64,000 nucleotides of DNA from a virus. Of the stretch, positions 42,001 to 48,335 are shown one piece after another. Numbering within the stretch: the stretch's first letter is position 1; each line of letters opens with the position of its first letter. The position numbers and the translations under genes are program-made. Under the pieces are notes generated by a model that searched no databases, was not told the DNA's origin, and was given only the letters and a program-made list of their open reading frames with translations. The DNA is taken from positions 1 through 64,000 of the IMG/VR virus record IMGVR_UViG_3300005676_000020; one strand, 5' to 3'.

Positions 42001-42365
42001 AGGATAACGATTGGTTCCACAACTTCGCCATATACCAGCTGATGCTGATTAAATCTGAGGCTGAAACTTTCATTCCGTTGTTTGGTATGGGCATTAACGA
42101 AACAGTTAGGTTCCTTGGAACCCCTACTATTGCGTTTAACACCGCCCGGAGATGGGTTAAGCTGGCTAACGACTTCGTTTTGTGGACTATCGGCTCCGAC
42201 GCTGCCTTCTATCAGCAGGCTTCAGGTATATATGACGAAGGACAGATAAAGTACCTTGCCGACCTGTACAATATCATCGGCTGGAAGAACTTTGCCTATA
42301 TCACTTCAAATGAAGACCTGCAGAAAGGTATCGTAATGTATTCGGCCATGCAGAAGAGGATATAA
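33000..42365 (+). CDS. giant virion cargo / polyvalent protein
   Basis: 3121 aa. LAPNG.ES.L..FKNEFGDW N-terminus, EVQSD motif, HEFSH zincin, and a long helical C-terminal region. Confidence 0.75.
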   Translation: MANTCSILRNKETGEIEKVLAPNGQESILWKSLISIGELSINKEDTLRTWAVAYTTGFKNEFGDWELFQKARELSGSIEKAFYRDLFENEPEQFLFEMAQQLRSSDIEAQAARNVMGNDLAQIALQLFPNSVVGSKYTPQFTGKVDSNGEPLLEHVVSPPGLPWFEDAIPYTQNFEEIQFPDLAKYDDEIMQQLPVKVGAKKQVIKIKGLDVTEMKAKRPKEKKAVFIDSDTFQDIGKFIKDGPKDPTDFRHDIIRIGNNIYVKSGDNLAFKQFYPFLDFSKKYKVRGRTFYYLTNNFVYSPGSSIGASREYSIMKARAIKQGKFGIKPIKTKPRLTKRAKEAIEAFIEKKRSYIPLIKEEIEKFVYQVDKSRQSASDHLRSIANSYESLMDPSHKEEYIKILESRFLRQTEEFFKTYEGDDGEDMIKSTMSTLSNYLQKLPALVLFNMVHDQPVSEFSAMESEIDDEFSEFIYRFSVSSVIPESFISGENGRRISLKSIFDTVNVEIFSDRGLREKLTADEIMKISKSGIFRKVDTSNLKRTKALAVFLEVYDRHGHVAANTFWSAYRKNINTASAEIIQKYFNKNKGREEDYNSIMDDIRDTLKGVDKYSGAYVDSESIEYRTWFSRISSSFVPLIDIAEGIYKSASGSVELHILNRMLLEVPELGDDPYQRFRKIVDLIFTNEEDLSEEDRSVLEYLKTTKAKSLFNNILRAFRELLRFIIYGPDFQSRSAFEALSAQMDKVHEYLAGRNTVFSLQIGTGERKEEIVVNDQVVEIKNTEDRVRYGISSNIEVDTDENGVSETLLERFPEGSTLQYVRVLEAPNLKSVPVDFRFPHQLQKFIAPNLSIQDIPEGEFKSFLLNEMRYVKLKDYEKERLREKGGLGMIFNISSAVSKLYTSGKPKYSFEHKALLKTNLGVGSLPMYTLGENGSVFNIEFGAGANSPFPESLYERFRLDHGLRKLYIDKPIGWFGGVYSVENKTISVTEVQSDLLQRSKTIGELRSKVENYYDGWLYVFTGTAINLLLNYYEDVTHIRIPTSETYKKFKKESPSQYYDKIASVFPTTLSEDGRWHVIKVSDIFGKISPDKKSQFDFMIKAGVRAGVKEQKEITPDLQSDRDNAMDILESLKESEILGSYLKSSPDHVSEIEKWIEREFSNEKPMTDDTKGGELVGPDGEVIEEDEGYEETDMDRLVRETAANKKREYVFDLDWALDELSAAMKNNDTARVNFIKRLLEEHTSGKINFNRSSSGNYKQILSLDNQKIFEELIAKGLITERRWNGMYFVPKQYREPFRRPPFSYLKKDFRDGHFLDKNKYEELKAIIEVRGLSWLDVRPSNSGDSYVVRIFPTRQESMQTRLHEFAGKDAFIKIADRLSKRLGVPYKIIDAEQALKITEDSQIPWNGEGAFAYKGTVYVLQEALSLENAVHEFSHFFIEAVSKESPYLFSKLYKQLKDDPYTRERYLDLVERLYPDLSEEDKVKEVMVRALTDKALGLIDERGNVILEAIRKIFRTLANIIRTLFGVSVKNLNENTTLDQLAAILLGENDGEVLDLGDRNTGFFMNLFPMFNRDIANQLEKLTGSTVKSSIDSFFTVTDAHYQRLRQDKDLEKLKEILSNQKGTTLVSDERQILMRAADFARTLEENMKVDRAALITFAEAIEGQEVIAKKMADHVASVVTDKDMSTQEKLAIFRKYSFITKEWTTVVDLFMKAIKDSPVGRGRNPLSDSIQNMISDYKFIDNKIKDFYKEDGLPSLFREEIEGNIYYQAAMKEQEDRIKELEEAYKKDKNPAIKKKLDKERGLLERYKLTDETLAKYLSGEMGDTNHYSMYLESYTSNPDPIVGHFANWFMKHKFRAQSRAQQRMTAFENKISKIYKKLGYKPKDFQKVSENLVQIETFFDGYRNFKGEERKAWTFINQYGDDANGVGWQFEYNRLLQERESAKQRMHSPLRAPGYENMTGEEEYRRKNQAFEQFKLDYMFDEEADVIKEARLFWFRDANTHKAKMRREEVLNEIRALDYKDFSKDEALEKVTQSKALWRKYRQLGSIYDEMGNKKEGDELEIALTIREYNEKYGNLYEYVEISGAFESNLKSHEQQVADDLMSSGNYKTEAEAKASPEFRAAIQKWYRDNIRITLTETFYKERSDIAERLKAFSESLGDQKIKKNLEEVSEAWSEINRIIQGNRDDDRQPIGTDLSDEQRKRVLELQQKVMDLNSAFNQANNLSDEEDIEYGQYVLKNKVFFMELTEQEYARMKELEEKAGIKLTKDQYLEKKKIFDDLNALQSKIATPYYVDTVNDFLAASGSELRITPLSADELLTAEVIQPILRKNPEFRKWWNENHLEKQIYDKTVDAVVLKYNRSYVWNRNVPNDEMFKTLLDNGDYEGLSRYKSPYLEVKPAQEYFYRRLKPEFRHFQSRETLWITHDNRGNWLPKPTEATATPAQKEYMLKHKIPFAKPRFENKKYLDLRENKKDEFELLEAFKQFHLESQQDLARYARLGLEVPRLRKNSVENVDLSKLADKPKDWWNNIKGWLGAMFMKRQDDYELGTGSYIAPANRAQTYVLSDLMGDQINSIPIKYMSHVETDLVSMDIGKAVEMYAVSAETNKVLHEINPMANALKEVLSDPENKPKDLTKKRRNIIKIITDPLKGSTNNNANKKGNYNRLKIIENFLERELEGEVNIQQFGPFIEKIAHGLMKIGAWGSLGGNIFAALKNAVGGQIQNNLESVMGQKFTPKTMMQADLEFGKLMVDLMRDYYQIGDKSLYTQMFILFDPLNFFTQKAGSNFSKTVTRDALDLRWIMGMQKFGEINIQGSAWLAMMLHQKVAFTDPHSGVQKEIPYLEAWELKDGVLSLKKGVDSKWDRGNSNFLQFSASVHKVNELNQGAYSEESQPEINRYTLGKLFLFMRKFYIPASVNRFAPKRYNAGLGSFRQGYWMPLFEMIKNTATGHPLMPGTDDFKVMYSASERAAALRAASELATIALIGLMIKALGFNDSDDEKYDKLKDNDWFHNFAIYQLMLIKSEAETFIPLFGMGINETVRFLGTPTIAFNTARRWVKLANDFVLWTIGSDAAFYQQASGIYDEGQIKYLADLYNIIGWKNFAYITSNEDLQKGIVMYSAMQKRI

Positions 42366-42369
42366 TTTC

Positions 42370-42597
42370 TCATATTTTATGTGTTTCCTGCAGATACAGC
42401 TCTAGCATAGTAAGCAGAAATTCCCTAGCCTGAATCTGACTTCTGAAATATAGAACCTCGGCTTTGAACCCGTATTCCTCGCATATCAACCTTACCCCTC
42501 TCGGAGGTACTCCCGCTTGCTGACCTCCTTTCGGAGCTTCGGGGAACCGTTCGAACCTTACAGTGTTTAATATGTGTTCTGGTAGCATAGTTGTCAT
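42370..42597 (-). CDS. stand-alone class I release-factor (GGQ) domain protein, ArfB/PrfH-like mini protein
   Basis: 75 aa from ATG 42597. KGGQQAG...GVRL...G....E....RSQ..ARE follows the RF domain 3 pattern GGQ..N....AVRL.H.PTG..V.....RSQ..N. Confidence 0.7.
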   Translation of the reverse strand: MTTMLPEHILNTVRFERFPEAPKGGQQAGVPPRGVRLICEEYGFKAEVLYFRSQIQAREFLLTMLELYLQETHKI

Positions 42598-42608
42598 TTT
42601 AAAAAAAA

Positions 42609-42672
42609 AGCGGCGGCAGGGGTCAAGACCTGCGTAACTTCCCAAAGGGTGCGCCAACCTCGCTTCGCCGCT
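42609..42672 (-). ncRNA. tRNA-like small RNA with truncated anticodon arm
   Basis: AGCGGCG AA GCG-AGGTTGG-CGC A CCC-TTT-GGG AAGTTAC GCAGG-TCTTGACC-CCTGC CGCCGCT, followed by T8. Confidence 0.55.
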
Positions 42673-42703
42673 ATAACTCCAAAAACAAACGTCAGAAAAA
42701 GCT

Positions 42704-43336
42704 TTATAACAATCTCAGCACCTTGATTGAACCTCCTGTGATTTTCGGAAAGACGTCCCATCCGCCAGGGGCTTGATCTGCGGGAATTCTATCCATCTCC
42801 ACTTGTACATCAAACACTCTGGGTTGAGGTAGCAGTTTGTTTATAAGATATTTGAATGCTTTGCCCTTTTCTGCGCCATACTCATTTCTCATCTTTACCT
42901 CATTGAGTTGTTCAGAGTTAATAGAATCCAGGATGTGAATTACATCCTCTTCATTGAACCTCTTCTCATTAAGAGACTGTGCTGTTTTAAAACCTTCGAG
43001 GAAACCGCAATATGCATAGTCATCGAAGTCATTTACTGCATACTCAGCCGCCAACTCCTCAACATCAACCCATCCAATCTTCTTACAATCTTCTTCTGAT
43101 AAAGCAGAGAAGTCTACTGAAGGTAGTTCAGGAATACCTGCTATAATTTTCTTTTGGTTTCTTTCATCAATGTCGTTGAGGTTATCCACTTGCCAAATTG
43201 TCCATTCACCTGTAGTTAGTTTCTCTGCTACATGGTACGGGAAAATGTCTCGTACATCTGGTTCATAACTAACCAGTATCGGCTGTGGTAACATCATTAT
43301 CAATTGTATATTCATAGTCTTTTTTTTATTTAGCAC
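42704..43336 (-). CDS. hypothetical protein
   Basis: Long open frame, probably starting at MNIQLI (43315). No recognisable catalytic motif. Confidence 0.6.
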   Translation of the reverse strand: MLNKKKTMNIQLIMMLPQPILVSYEPDVRDIFPYHVAEKLTTGEWTIWQVDNLNDIDERNQKKIIAGIPELPSVDFSALSEEDCKKIGWVDVEELAAEYAVNDFDDYAYCGFLEGFKTAQSLNEKRFNEEDVIHILDSINSEQLNEVKMRNEYGAEKGKAFKYLINKLLPQPRVFDVQVEMDRIPADQAPGGWDVFPKITGGSIKVLRLL

Positions 43337-43598
43337 CCTCTTGTCTTATATTGTATGTTTAAGCTCAACGCTCTATACACCTTTATAAGAGTAGGGTCAC
43401 GTAGTTAATAGCAGTTAATTACTCTGCATTTATACTCCAATAAAGCAGTAACATTAACTACTTGCTGAGAACTTGTTCATGTTGTAGAGGTAAGTTGCTG
43501 AAGCGACTCTCTTAGCACTCCTTTCTCAAGGGAACAACACGCTACGTCTTACAACGTATATCCAATTTTTAAAGTGGTTTTCGACATTCAGTCCACTA

Positions 43599-43629
43599 TT
43601 GTTTATTCAAACAATATTTTGTATATTTG
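43599..43629 (+). promoter_or_regulatory. Bacteroidota-type promoter for the GIY-YIG gene
   Basis: TTG (43599) - 20 nt - TATATTTG (43622-43629) - 4 nt - ATG. Confidence 0.7.
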
Positions 43630-43633
43630 TAAT

Positions 43634-44173
43634 ATGAACTCTGGCATTTACAAGATAACTAATACTGTAACAGGAGATTTTTATATTGGTTCCTCATGTC
43701 AATTAAACAGACGTAGGAGAAATCATTTTATATCTCTTGAAAGAAACATTAGTCATTCAAAAATATTACAAAGAGCATATAACAAATATGGTAAAGATAA
43801 TTTGTTTTTTGAAGTATTAGCTATATGTCCAAAAGAATATCTACTAAAACTTGAACAATGGTTTATTAATGAACTTAAACCAAAGTACAACATTTGTAAT
43901 ATAAATCCAAATACAACGGAAGGATATAATCATACTAATGAAGATAAAGCAAAAATGAGACAAATAAAATTATCTCAAAATGCTGTAAAATTATATCAGT
44001 ATAATGATAATCAACAACTTATAAAAGTCTGGGATTGTTGTAATGATTATGCTAACTATTACAAAGTATCACCAGCAGCTTTACATAAAGCATGTAGAAA
44101 GGGTCAGAAATGTGCAGGTTTCAAAGTATCTAAAACACCTATTCACCTGCACGATTTCAGTAACCCTCGTTGA
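43634..44173 (+). CDS. GIY-YIG homing endonuclease with C-terminal NUMOD-like DNA-binding segments
   Basis: MNSGIYKITN...FYIGSS...R...H...LQRAYNKYG...LEQ.FI....PKYN (I-TevI-like). Start reassigned to ATG 43634. Visibly more AT-rich than its flanks. Confidence 0.9.
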   Translation: MNSGIYKITNTVTGDFYIGSSCQLNRRRRNHFISLERNISHSKILQRAYNKYGKDNLFFEVLAICPKEYLLKLEQWFINELKPKYNICNINPNTTEGYNHTNEDKAKMRQIKLSQNAVKLYQYNDNQQLIKVWDCCNDYANYYKVSPAALHKACRKGQKCAGFKVSKTPIHLHDFSNPR

Positions 44174-44526
44174 CTTCTTAGTGTGTTGTATTCTTTAAGA
44201 GATTAGCAGCCTCACTGTTCGTAATACCCTCATTGAATTGTACTATCAGTATGTCAACTACGCCCAGTTTATGGATTATCCCGGGCGAAAATCTATTGTG
44301 TTTGGTAGCCGACCTTTCCGCACCTTATCTAACCCCTGATAGCATCTGCATCACTCGGATTAGGGGCTGACCAATAACACGGTACATTTATGGTCATTTA
44401 ACGGATGGGCTTTAAGCGTCTATAAACCCGGACATCTTACCGCCTAAGCGTCCTGTACCACCTCACACAATAGAGTTTTACTGACATCTTGCTGATCCGC
44501 CCCATGTCAGTCTCTTCATATATAAT

Positions 44527-44559
44527 AAAAAACCCCTCCGGAGAGGGGTCTGTTTTTTT
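44527..44559. terminator. bidirectional intrinsic terminator after the RNR gene
   Basis: A6-CCCCTC-CGGA-GAGGGG followed by a T-tract. Confidence 0.8.
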
Positions 44560-44570
44560 CAAAGTTGATT

Positions 44571-47500
44571 TTAAGAACCGCATACACCGCCTTTGGTAAG
44601 GTCGCATATGTCAAAGAATTCTTCTTCAAACTCCTGCCCTACAGACAGGATAGCTTCCTTGTATGGTACTGGGGTAAGAGGTTGTCCTCCCCTTGCACCA
44701 TCCGGGTAGCAGGTGAACCCACGAAGTCTGTGAGCGTACTTAGCCAGTACTTTGGCGAAGTTTACTATCTCACCTTCGTTGTTCAGGTCACTACCCCAGG
44801 CCGGTAGATTTATCGTAGAACTAATTGACATGTCAACGTAGTCCTGTAAGTCTGCCTGGAACTTTATCCTTCTTTCGTAATCTGATGCAAGGTCGAGAGC
44901 TGTCTCAATCTTGTCAGGGTTTATTCCGAAGTGGTCTATCATTATTCTCGCCGTACCGTCTACGACGTACTGATATACCCACTGACTTCTTCCTTTTAAA
45001 TATCTCCTCTTATAAGCAACTGCTATCAGAGGTTCTGCACTTGTCGTGGTACCGGCCAGGATGCCAATGCTTCCTGTTGGCGCTATGGCCCTGTTAGCTA
45101 CCGGGCGGCTTATTCCAAGCCTGTCAGAGAACGTTCTTGACACATAGTCGGAGTGGTTCTTGTATACTGTCATCCACTCACGGAGTTCGTCTGTCATCTC
45201 GTACTTGTAGTTGCGCTTAAGCAACCACTCGTGAAGACCCATGAGGCCTAATCCTATCCTCCGGTTCTTCTCTCTCACCTTATATACTTTCTCGTAGGGT
45301 AAGTCGGCTACCATCGTCCCGCATATGAGGAACTTCATGGCGAGCTCAACCACTTCTACAAGCTCTTTTTTGCTTTCTATATTGGCAAAGTTCAAGCTGC
45401 CAAGGTTGCATACGTCACTGTCGTCTTCAGAAGTAACCTCTGTACAATTGGATATAACCACCCCTTCGGCCATGAAAGAGTGCTCCTCAACCTTAACGTC
45501 GCAGCAGTATACATCCTGAACTTCTCCAAGAGACAAATCTGTGATTTTGATGCTGCTTTTGCGGTAAGCTTCGTGGTTCTTGACTTTGAGACGGAAAGTT
45601 GGAATCATTTCTGCAAACTTGCCAATATACGATCCCATCACGTTTAAGAAGTAGCATTCCCCTTCTCCAGTATACCCACTTTTTCCACTCCTGTAGATGT
45701 TGGACAGGATGCCGTAGCTTTCCAGAGATCTCCGAACACCTTGTAAAAAATCGTAGTGTTTGGAACAGAGTCTCACCCTATGTTGTTTGTCACAGTAGCT
45801 ACCGTCAGAGTCGAAAAGGCCTGCCAAGAAGCTAGTATTTGTGAGATTATAAGGAAATTGATCTTTTGCCAACCCCAGGAAGGTTTGAGAAGGGACATAC
45901 ATTCTAGTATAACCTCTTGGTGTCAAAGGATTTATTGATCTGAACAGTGTTTGGTCCATCCGGGTTAAGCACTGCTTCTTTTCATCATTACATAGCGACA
46001 GTTCAGCCCCACCATCTTTTCTGAAACTTCCGTCACCGTATATAAACCCTAAGGTGTATGAGTGTTCATCGAACTTCTCCGGATTGCTTTCAGGAAGGGA
46101 TGTATGAACAACATCTCCGATTTTCAGATCCTTTGCTTTAACTCTTTGTATTTCTGCAAGTTTTCGACGATGTCCTTTCCCAGAATATCTTTCAATAAGA
46201 AATTCGTGGTCAAAGTCAGCCTCTATTTCCCTACCGCCGGTCATCTCTACCATAATAGTGTTGACGCTAGACTTCGTTTTGACAAATCTGGTCTTGGCCC
46301 ACCGTTTGCCTGTCCAAACCTCTACTTCTTTTCCTAAGGTGTCTGATATCTGTTTATACCCCTGATTGGTCAGTATCCAAGTTTTTGCACTGACCGGAGC
46401 ATTCCTTAGCGTCTCCTTCTCTTTTTCGTAGAAGTTGAAGCTGAAACCGGGTTCTCCTGTACTAAGTGCCTGTTTAGCGTTCTCGAGGAACACGCTGCCC
46501 ATGTCTCCGGTTCTCTTATAGTTCTCCAGCCATTCAGTATCGTAGTTCACTGAAATATTGGTCATGTCCAGAGGCGCTGGAAAGTTAAAGTCCTTCTCTT
46601 TGAGGTCACCTATGGTAAGGTCTGTTCCAGATACTTTCATATTGTACCAGTCCTTAGCATGTATAAACTCGTGGACGTCAACGTGTTTCCAATTCAGGCT
46701 GGCGTAAATAGCTGAGCGCCTTGAGCCTCCCTGCATCACCTCCCTGCCAATCTCGTTAATCATCTTCATCTTTGGAACAGGCCCAGATGCCAGTCCCCCG
46801 GTTCTGTTAATAACCGAATTCTTAGGTCTGTACACGGAGTAGTCAGAACCTATACCTCCACCTGTCATTAGACAGGACTCCGCCTTCCAGGAGAGGTTAG
46901 CCCAGTCTTCCCGGGAGTCATTCTCACATTTCAGCAGGAAACAGTTATAAGTGTCTATTCCACCATCAATTACAAACCTTTGGTGTACAGGCTCGTACGG
47001 GCAATAAACTTCATCTTCTCCACAAAACTCAATCTTTACAACTTTAAAACCGTAGAAGTTTTCACCCTCTTGGAAGTTCTGCATGAAGATTTCATGTCCT
47101 TCATAAACCTTACCTCCTAAGTCTACGTCCCTGGTTTGGGATCTAAGTTCCCCAGTTATCACTAACCCAGCAAAAGCCGCATGTTTCCTAAACCACTCCA
47201 GGTTTTCTTTCTTTACAGAGAAAAGTTTTCCAGCGCCACCATCGGCAGCTATCCAACCACGTATGAAGGAGGCTATATACTCCACAGATTTGTTTTCTGG
47301 AAGCTCTTTCCATTTCTCTTTTTTATAGCCAAAATATAAGCAAGGGTCTCCATTTGCCGAATCCGGGTAAGTCACTGTACCCTCTGAGGATAAAAGTTCA
47401 AGATACTTTTTATCCTTCTCTGCACAAAGTCTTAGTTGACCGTTCCTGTTCCCGTCCCCAAAAACAAATCCGTGAGCGAATCCTGCGCTGTCAAACCCTG

Positions 47501-48029
47501 CAGAGAATGTATTAGCAGGTACGACGTCACCAACTCTAAGATCGTAGGTATCGGAGCCGTCTATTAACGGCCAGTGGTGAGTTCTGGTGGCTTTGACTTC
47601 CCAAGTATGGTTCTGGTGACCTCTGAAAGAACAAAATGTTATTCTGTTCAATGCTTGTTTTCCATGATTGTGGAATGTTGCCGGGTAATAATTGCCGTCC
47701 ACGGGGGATAGTACATTTAACGTCTTCCCCACCGAAGATTTTAAACTTACCCAACCACTATCTGTCAAAACGTTGGTATCTCCAGACAAACAGTTGTTAA
47801 AGGCTTTAAAAGGCCTTCCTGCGTAGTAAAGGTACCTGCCACCAGGTATGAACTTCATCTCTGTAATAAGGAGTTTAAGGTGCTCCTTTTCACCCCGGGA
47901 CATTTTATCCCGACAAACGTCTTCTACTAGGACATCGGCTAGCTTATCCCATGTCTCACAACCCTCATGTCTGTACTTGTGGTTGAAAATATCTTCTCCA
48001 AACTTGTTCCTAAAGAAAGATTTCTGCAT
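44571..48029 (-). CDS. nrdJ: class II (B12-dependent) ribonucleotide reductase with two inteins
   Basis: FIPGGR, NN|CF, GGGIG, RRSA, GEPG, RNA|CTE, CNLGS, GLGLMG, IAPTG motifs and a C-terminal C....GG.C pair. No small subunit gene nearby. The spliced product would be 552 aa. Confidence 0.88.
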   Translation of the reverse strand: MQKSFFRNKFGEDIFNHKYRHEGCETWDKLADVLVEDVCRDKMSRGEKEHLKLLITEMKFIPGGRYLYYAGRPFKAFNNCLSGDTNVLTDSGWVSLKSSVGKTLNVLSPVDGNYYPATFHNHGKQALNRITFCSFRGHQNHTWEVKATRTHHWPLIDGSDTYDLRVGDVVPANTFSAGFDSAGFAHGFVFGDGNRNGQLRLCAEKDKKYLELLSSEGTVTYPDSANGDPCLYFGYKKEKWKELPENKSVEYIASFIRGWIAADGGAGKLFSVKKENLEWFRKHAAFAGLVITGELRSQTRDVDLGGKVYEGHEIFMQNFQEGENFYGFKVVKIEFCGEDEVYCPYEPVHQRFVIDGGIDTYNCFLLKCENDSREDWANLSWKAESCLMTGGGIGSDYSVYRPKNSVINRTGGLASGPVPKMKMINEIGREVMQGGSRRSAIYASLNWKHVDVHEFIHAKDWYNMKVSGTDLTIGDLKEKDFNFPAPLDMTNISVNYDTEWLENYKRTGDMGSVFLENAKQALSTGEPGFSFNFYEKEKETLRNAPVSAKTWILTNQGYKQISDTLGKEVEVWTGKRWAKTRFVKTKSSVNTIMVEMTGGREIEADFDHEFLIERYSGKGHRRKLAEIQRVKAKDLKIGDVVHTSLPESNPEKFDEHSYTLGFIYGDGSFRKDGGAELSLCNDEKKQCLTRMDQTLFRSINPLTPRGYTRMYVPSQTFLGLAKDQFPYNLTNTSFLAGLFDSDGSYCDKQHRVRLCSKHYDFLQGVRRSLESYGILSNIYRSGKSGYTGEGECYFLNVMGSYIGKFAEMIPTFRLKVKNHEAYRKSSIKITDLSLGEVQDVYCCDVKVEEHSFMAEGVVISNCTEVTSEDDSDVCNLGSLNFANIESKKELVEVVELAMKFLICGTMVADLPYEKVYKVREKNRRIGLGLMGLHEWLLKRNYKYEMTDELREWMTVYKNHSDYVSRTFSDRLGISRPVANRAIAPTGSIGILAGTTTSAEPLIAVAYKRRYLKGRSQWVYQYVVDGTARIMIDHFGINPDKIETALDLASDYERRIKFQADLQDYVDMSISSTINLPAWGSDLNNEGEIVNFAKVLAKYAHRLRGFTCYPDGARGGQPLTPVPYKEAILSVGQEFEEEFFDICDLTKGGVCGS
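45447..46397 (-). mobile_element. intein 2 of RNR (317 aa), Pro1 / class 3-like, LAGLIDADG endonuclease
   Basis: PVSAKTWILT..., LGFIYGDG and FLAGLFDSDG, block F DVYCCDV, ends VISN|C. Removal restores RNACTE. Confidence 0.88.
46944..47792 (-). mobile_element. intein 1 of RNR (283 aa), LAGLIDADG endonuclease
   Basis: CLSGDTNVLT..., TRTHHW, HGFVFGDG and FIRGWIAADG, EVYC, ends DTYN|C. Confidence 0.9.
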
Positions 48030-48081
48030 ATTGATTTTAGAGGTTTAAAAGTGAAAGATAAGGTAGAGATTATAAGATATG

Positions 48082-48125
48082 ACAGGAAGAGAAGAGGGCA
48101 AAATATGCCCTCAAATCTTCTCTGT
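48082..48125. terminator. hairpin upstream of the RNR gene (terminator or regulatory stem)
   Basis: GAGGGCA-AAATA-TGCCCTC core with an extended imperfect outer stem. Confidence 0.45.
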
Positions 48126-48147
48126 TTACCCACCGAATCTTTCTGAT

Positions 48148-48324
48148 TTACTCCACTGCCAGTGGTCTCGGCTGACTGAATTCAGCCTTAATCTTACCGG
48201 CAAGTTCTTCGAGAGCCTCTATTGCATCTGATAACAGCACAACCGGCTCTCCCTTAAAGTTTATAGGTCCAATCATCTTTGAACTTATCTCTTCTATCTG
48301 AGTTTCTAAAAAAGTGTCAATCAT
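48148..48324 (-). CDS. small hypothetical protein (58 aa, below the ORF-track cutoff)
   Basis: MIDTFLETQIEEISSKMIGPINFKGEPVVLLSDAIEALEELAGKIKAEFSQPRPLAVE*. Fills the gap between dut and the RNR gene. Confidence 0.6.
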   Translation of the reverse strand: MIDTFLETQIEEISSKMIGPINFKGEPVVLLSDAIEALEELAGKIKAEFSQPRPLAVE

Positions 48325-48335
48325 AGCTTATTGTT

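Larger units (their letters stand above)
43400..44515 (-). ncRNA. candidate large ornate ncRNA (ROOL/GOLLD-like), split by a GIY-YIG ORF
   Basis: About 375 nt and 200 nt of ORF-free, helix-dense sequence flank the endonuclease, with nested stems and a pseudoknot (see findings). The family assignment is from recall only. Confidence 0.6.

Noticed and set aside
7233-42365. Stop-codon reassignment (TAG/TGA), known in some crAss-like phages
   Set aside because: Very long late genes are uninterrupted in the standard code and abut one another, and no suppressor tRNA was seen.
42598-42657. N-terminal extension of the GGQ ORF given in the ORF track
   Set aside because: It runs through the tRNA-like structure and T-tract from a TTG. 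ATG 42597 is the more plausible start.
42609-42672. Canonical tRNA gene
   Set aside because: The anticodon arm is only a 3-bp stem with a 3-nt loop, and the T loop lacks TTCRA. Kept as tRNA-like only.
43340-44520. Group I intron carrying the GIY-YIG ORF
   Set aside because: No interrupted host gene on either strand (RNR ends intact before a terminator), and I could not identify P7 or the other core elements. Not excluded without a covariance-model search.
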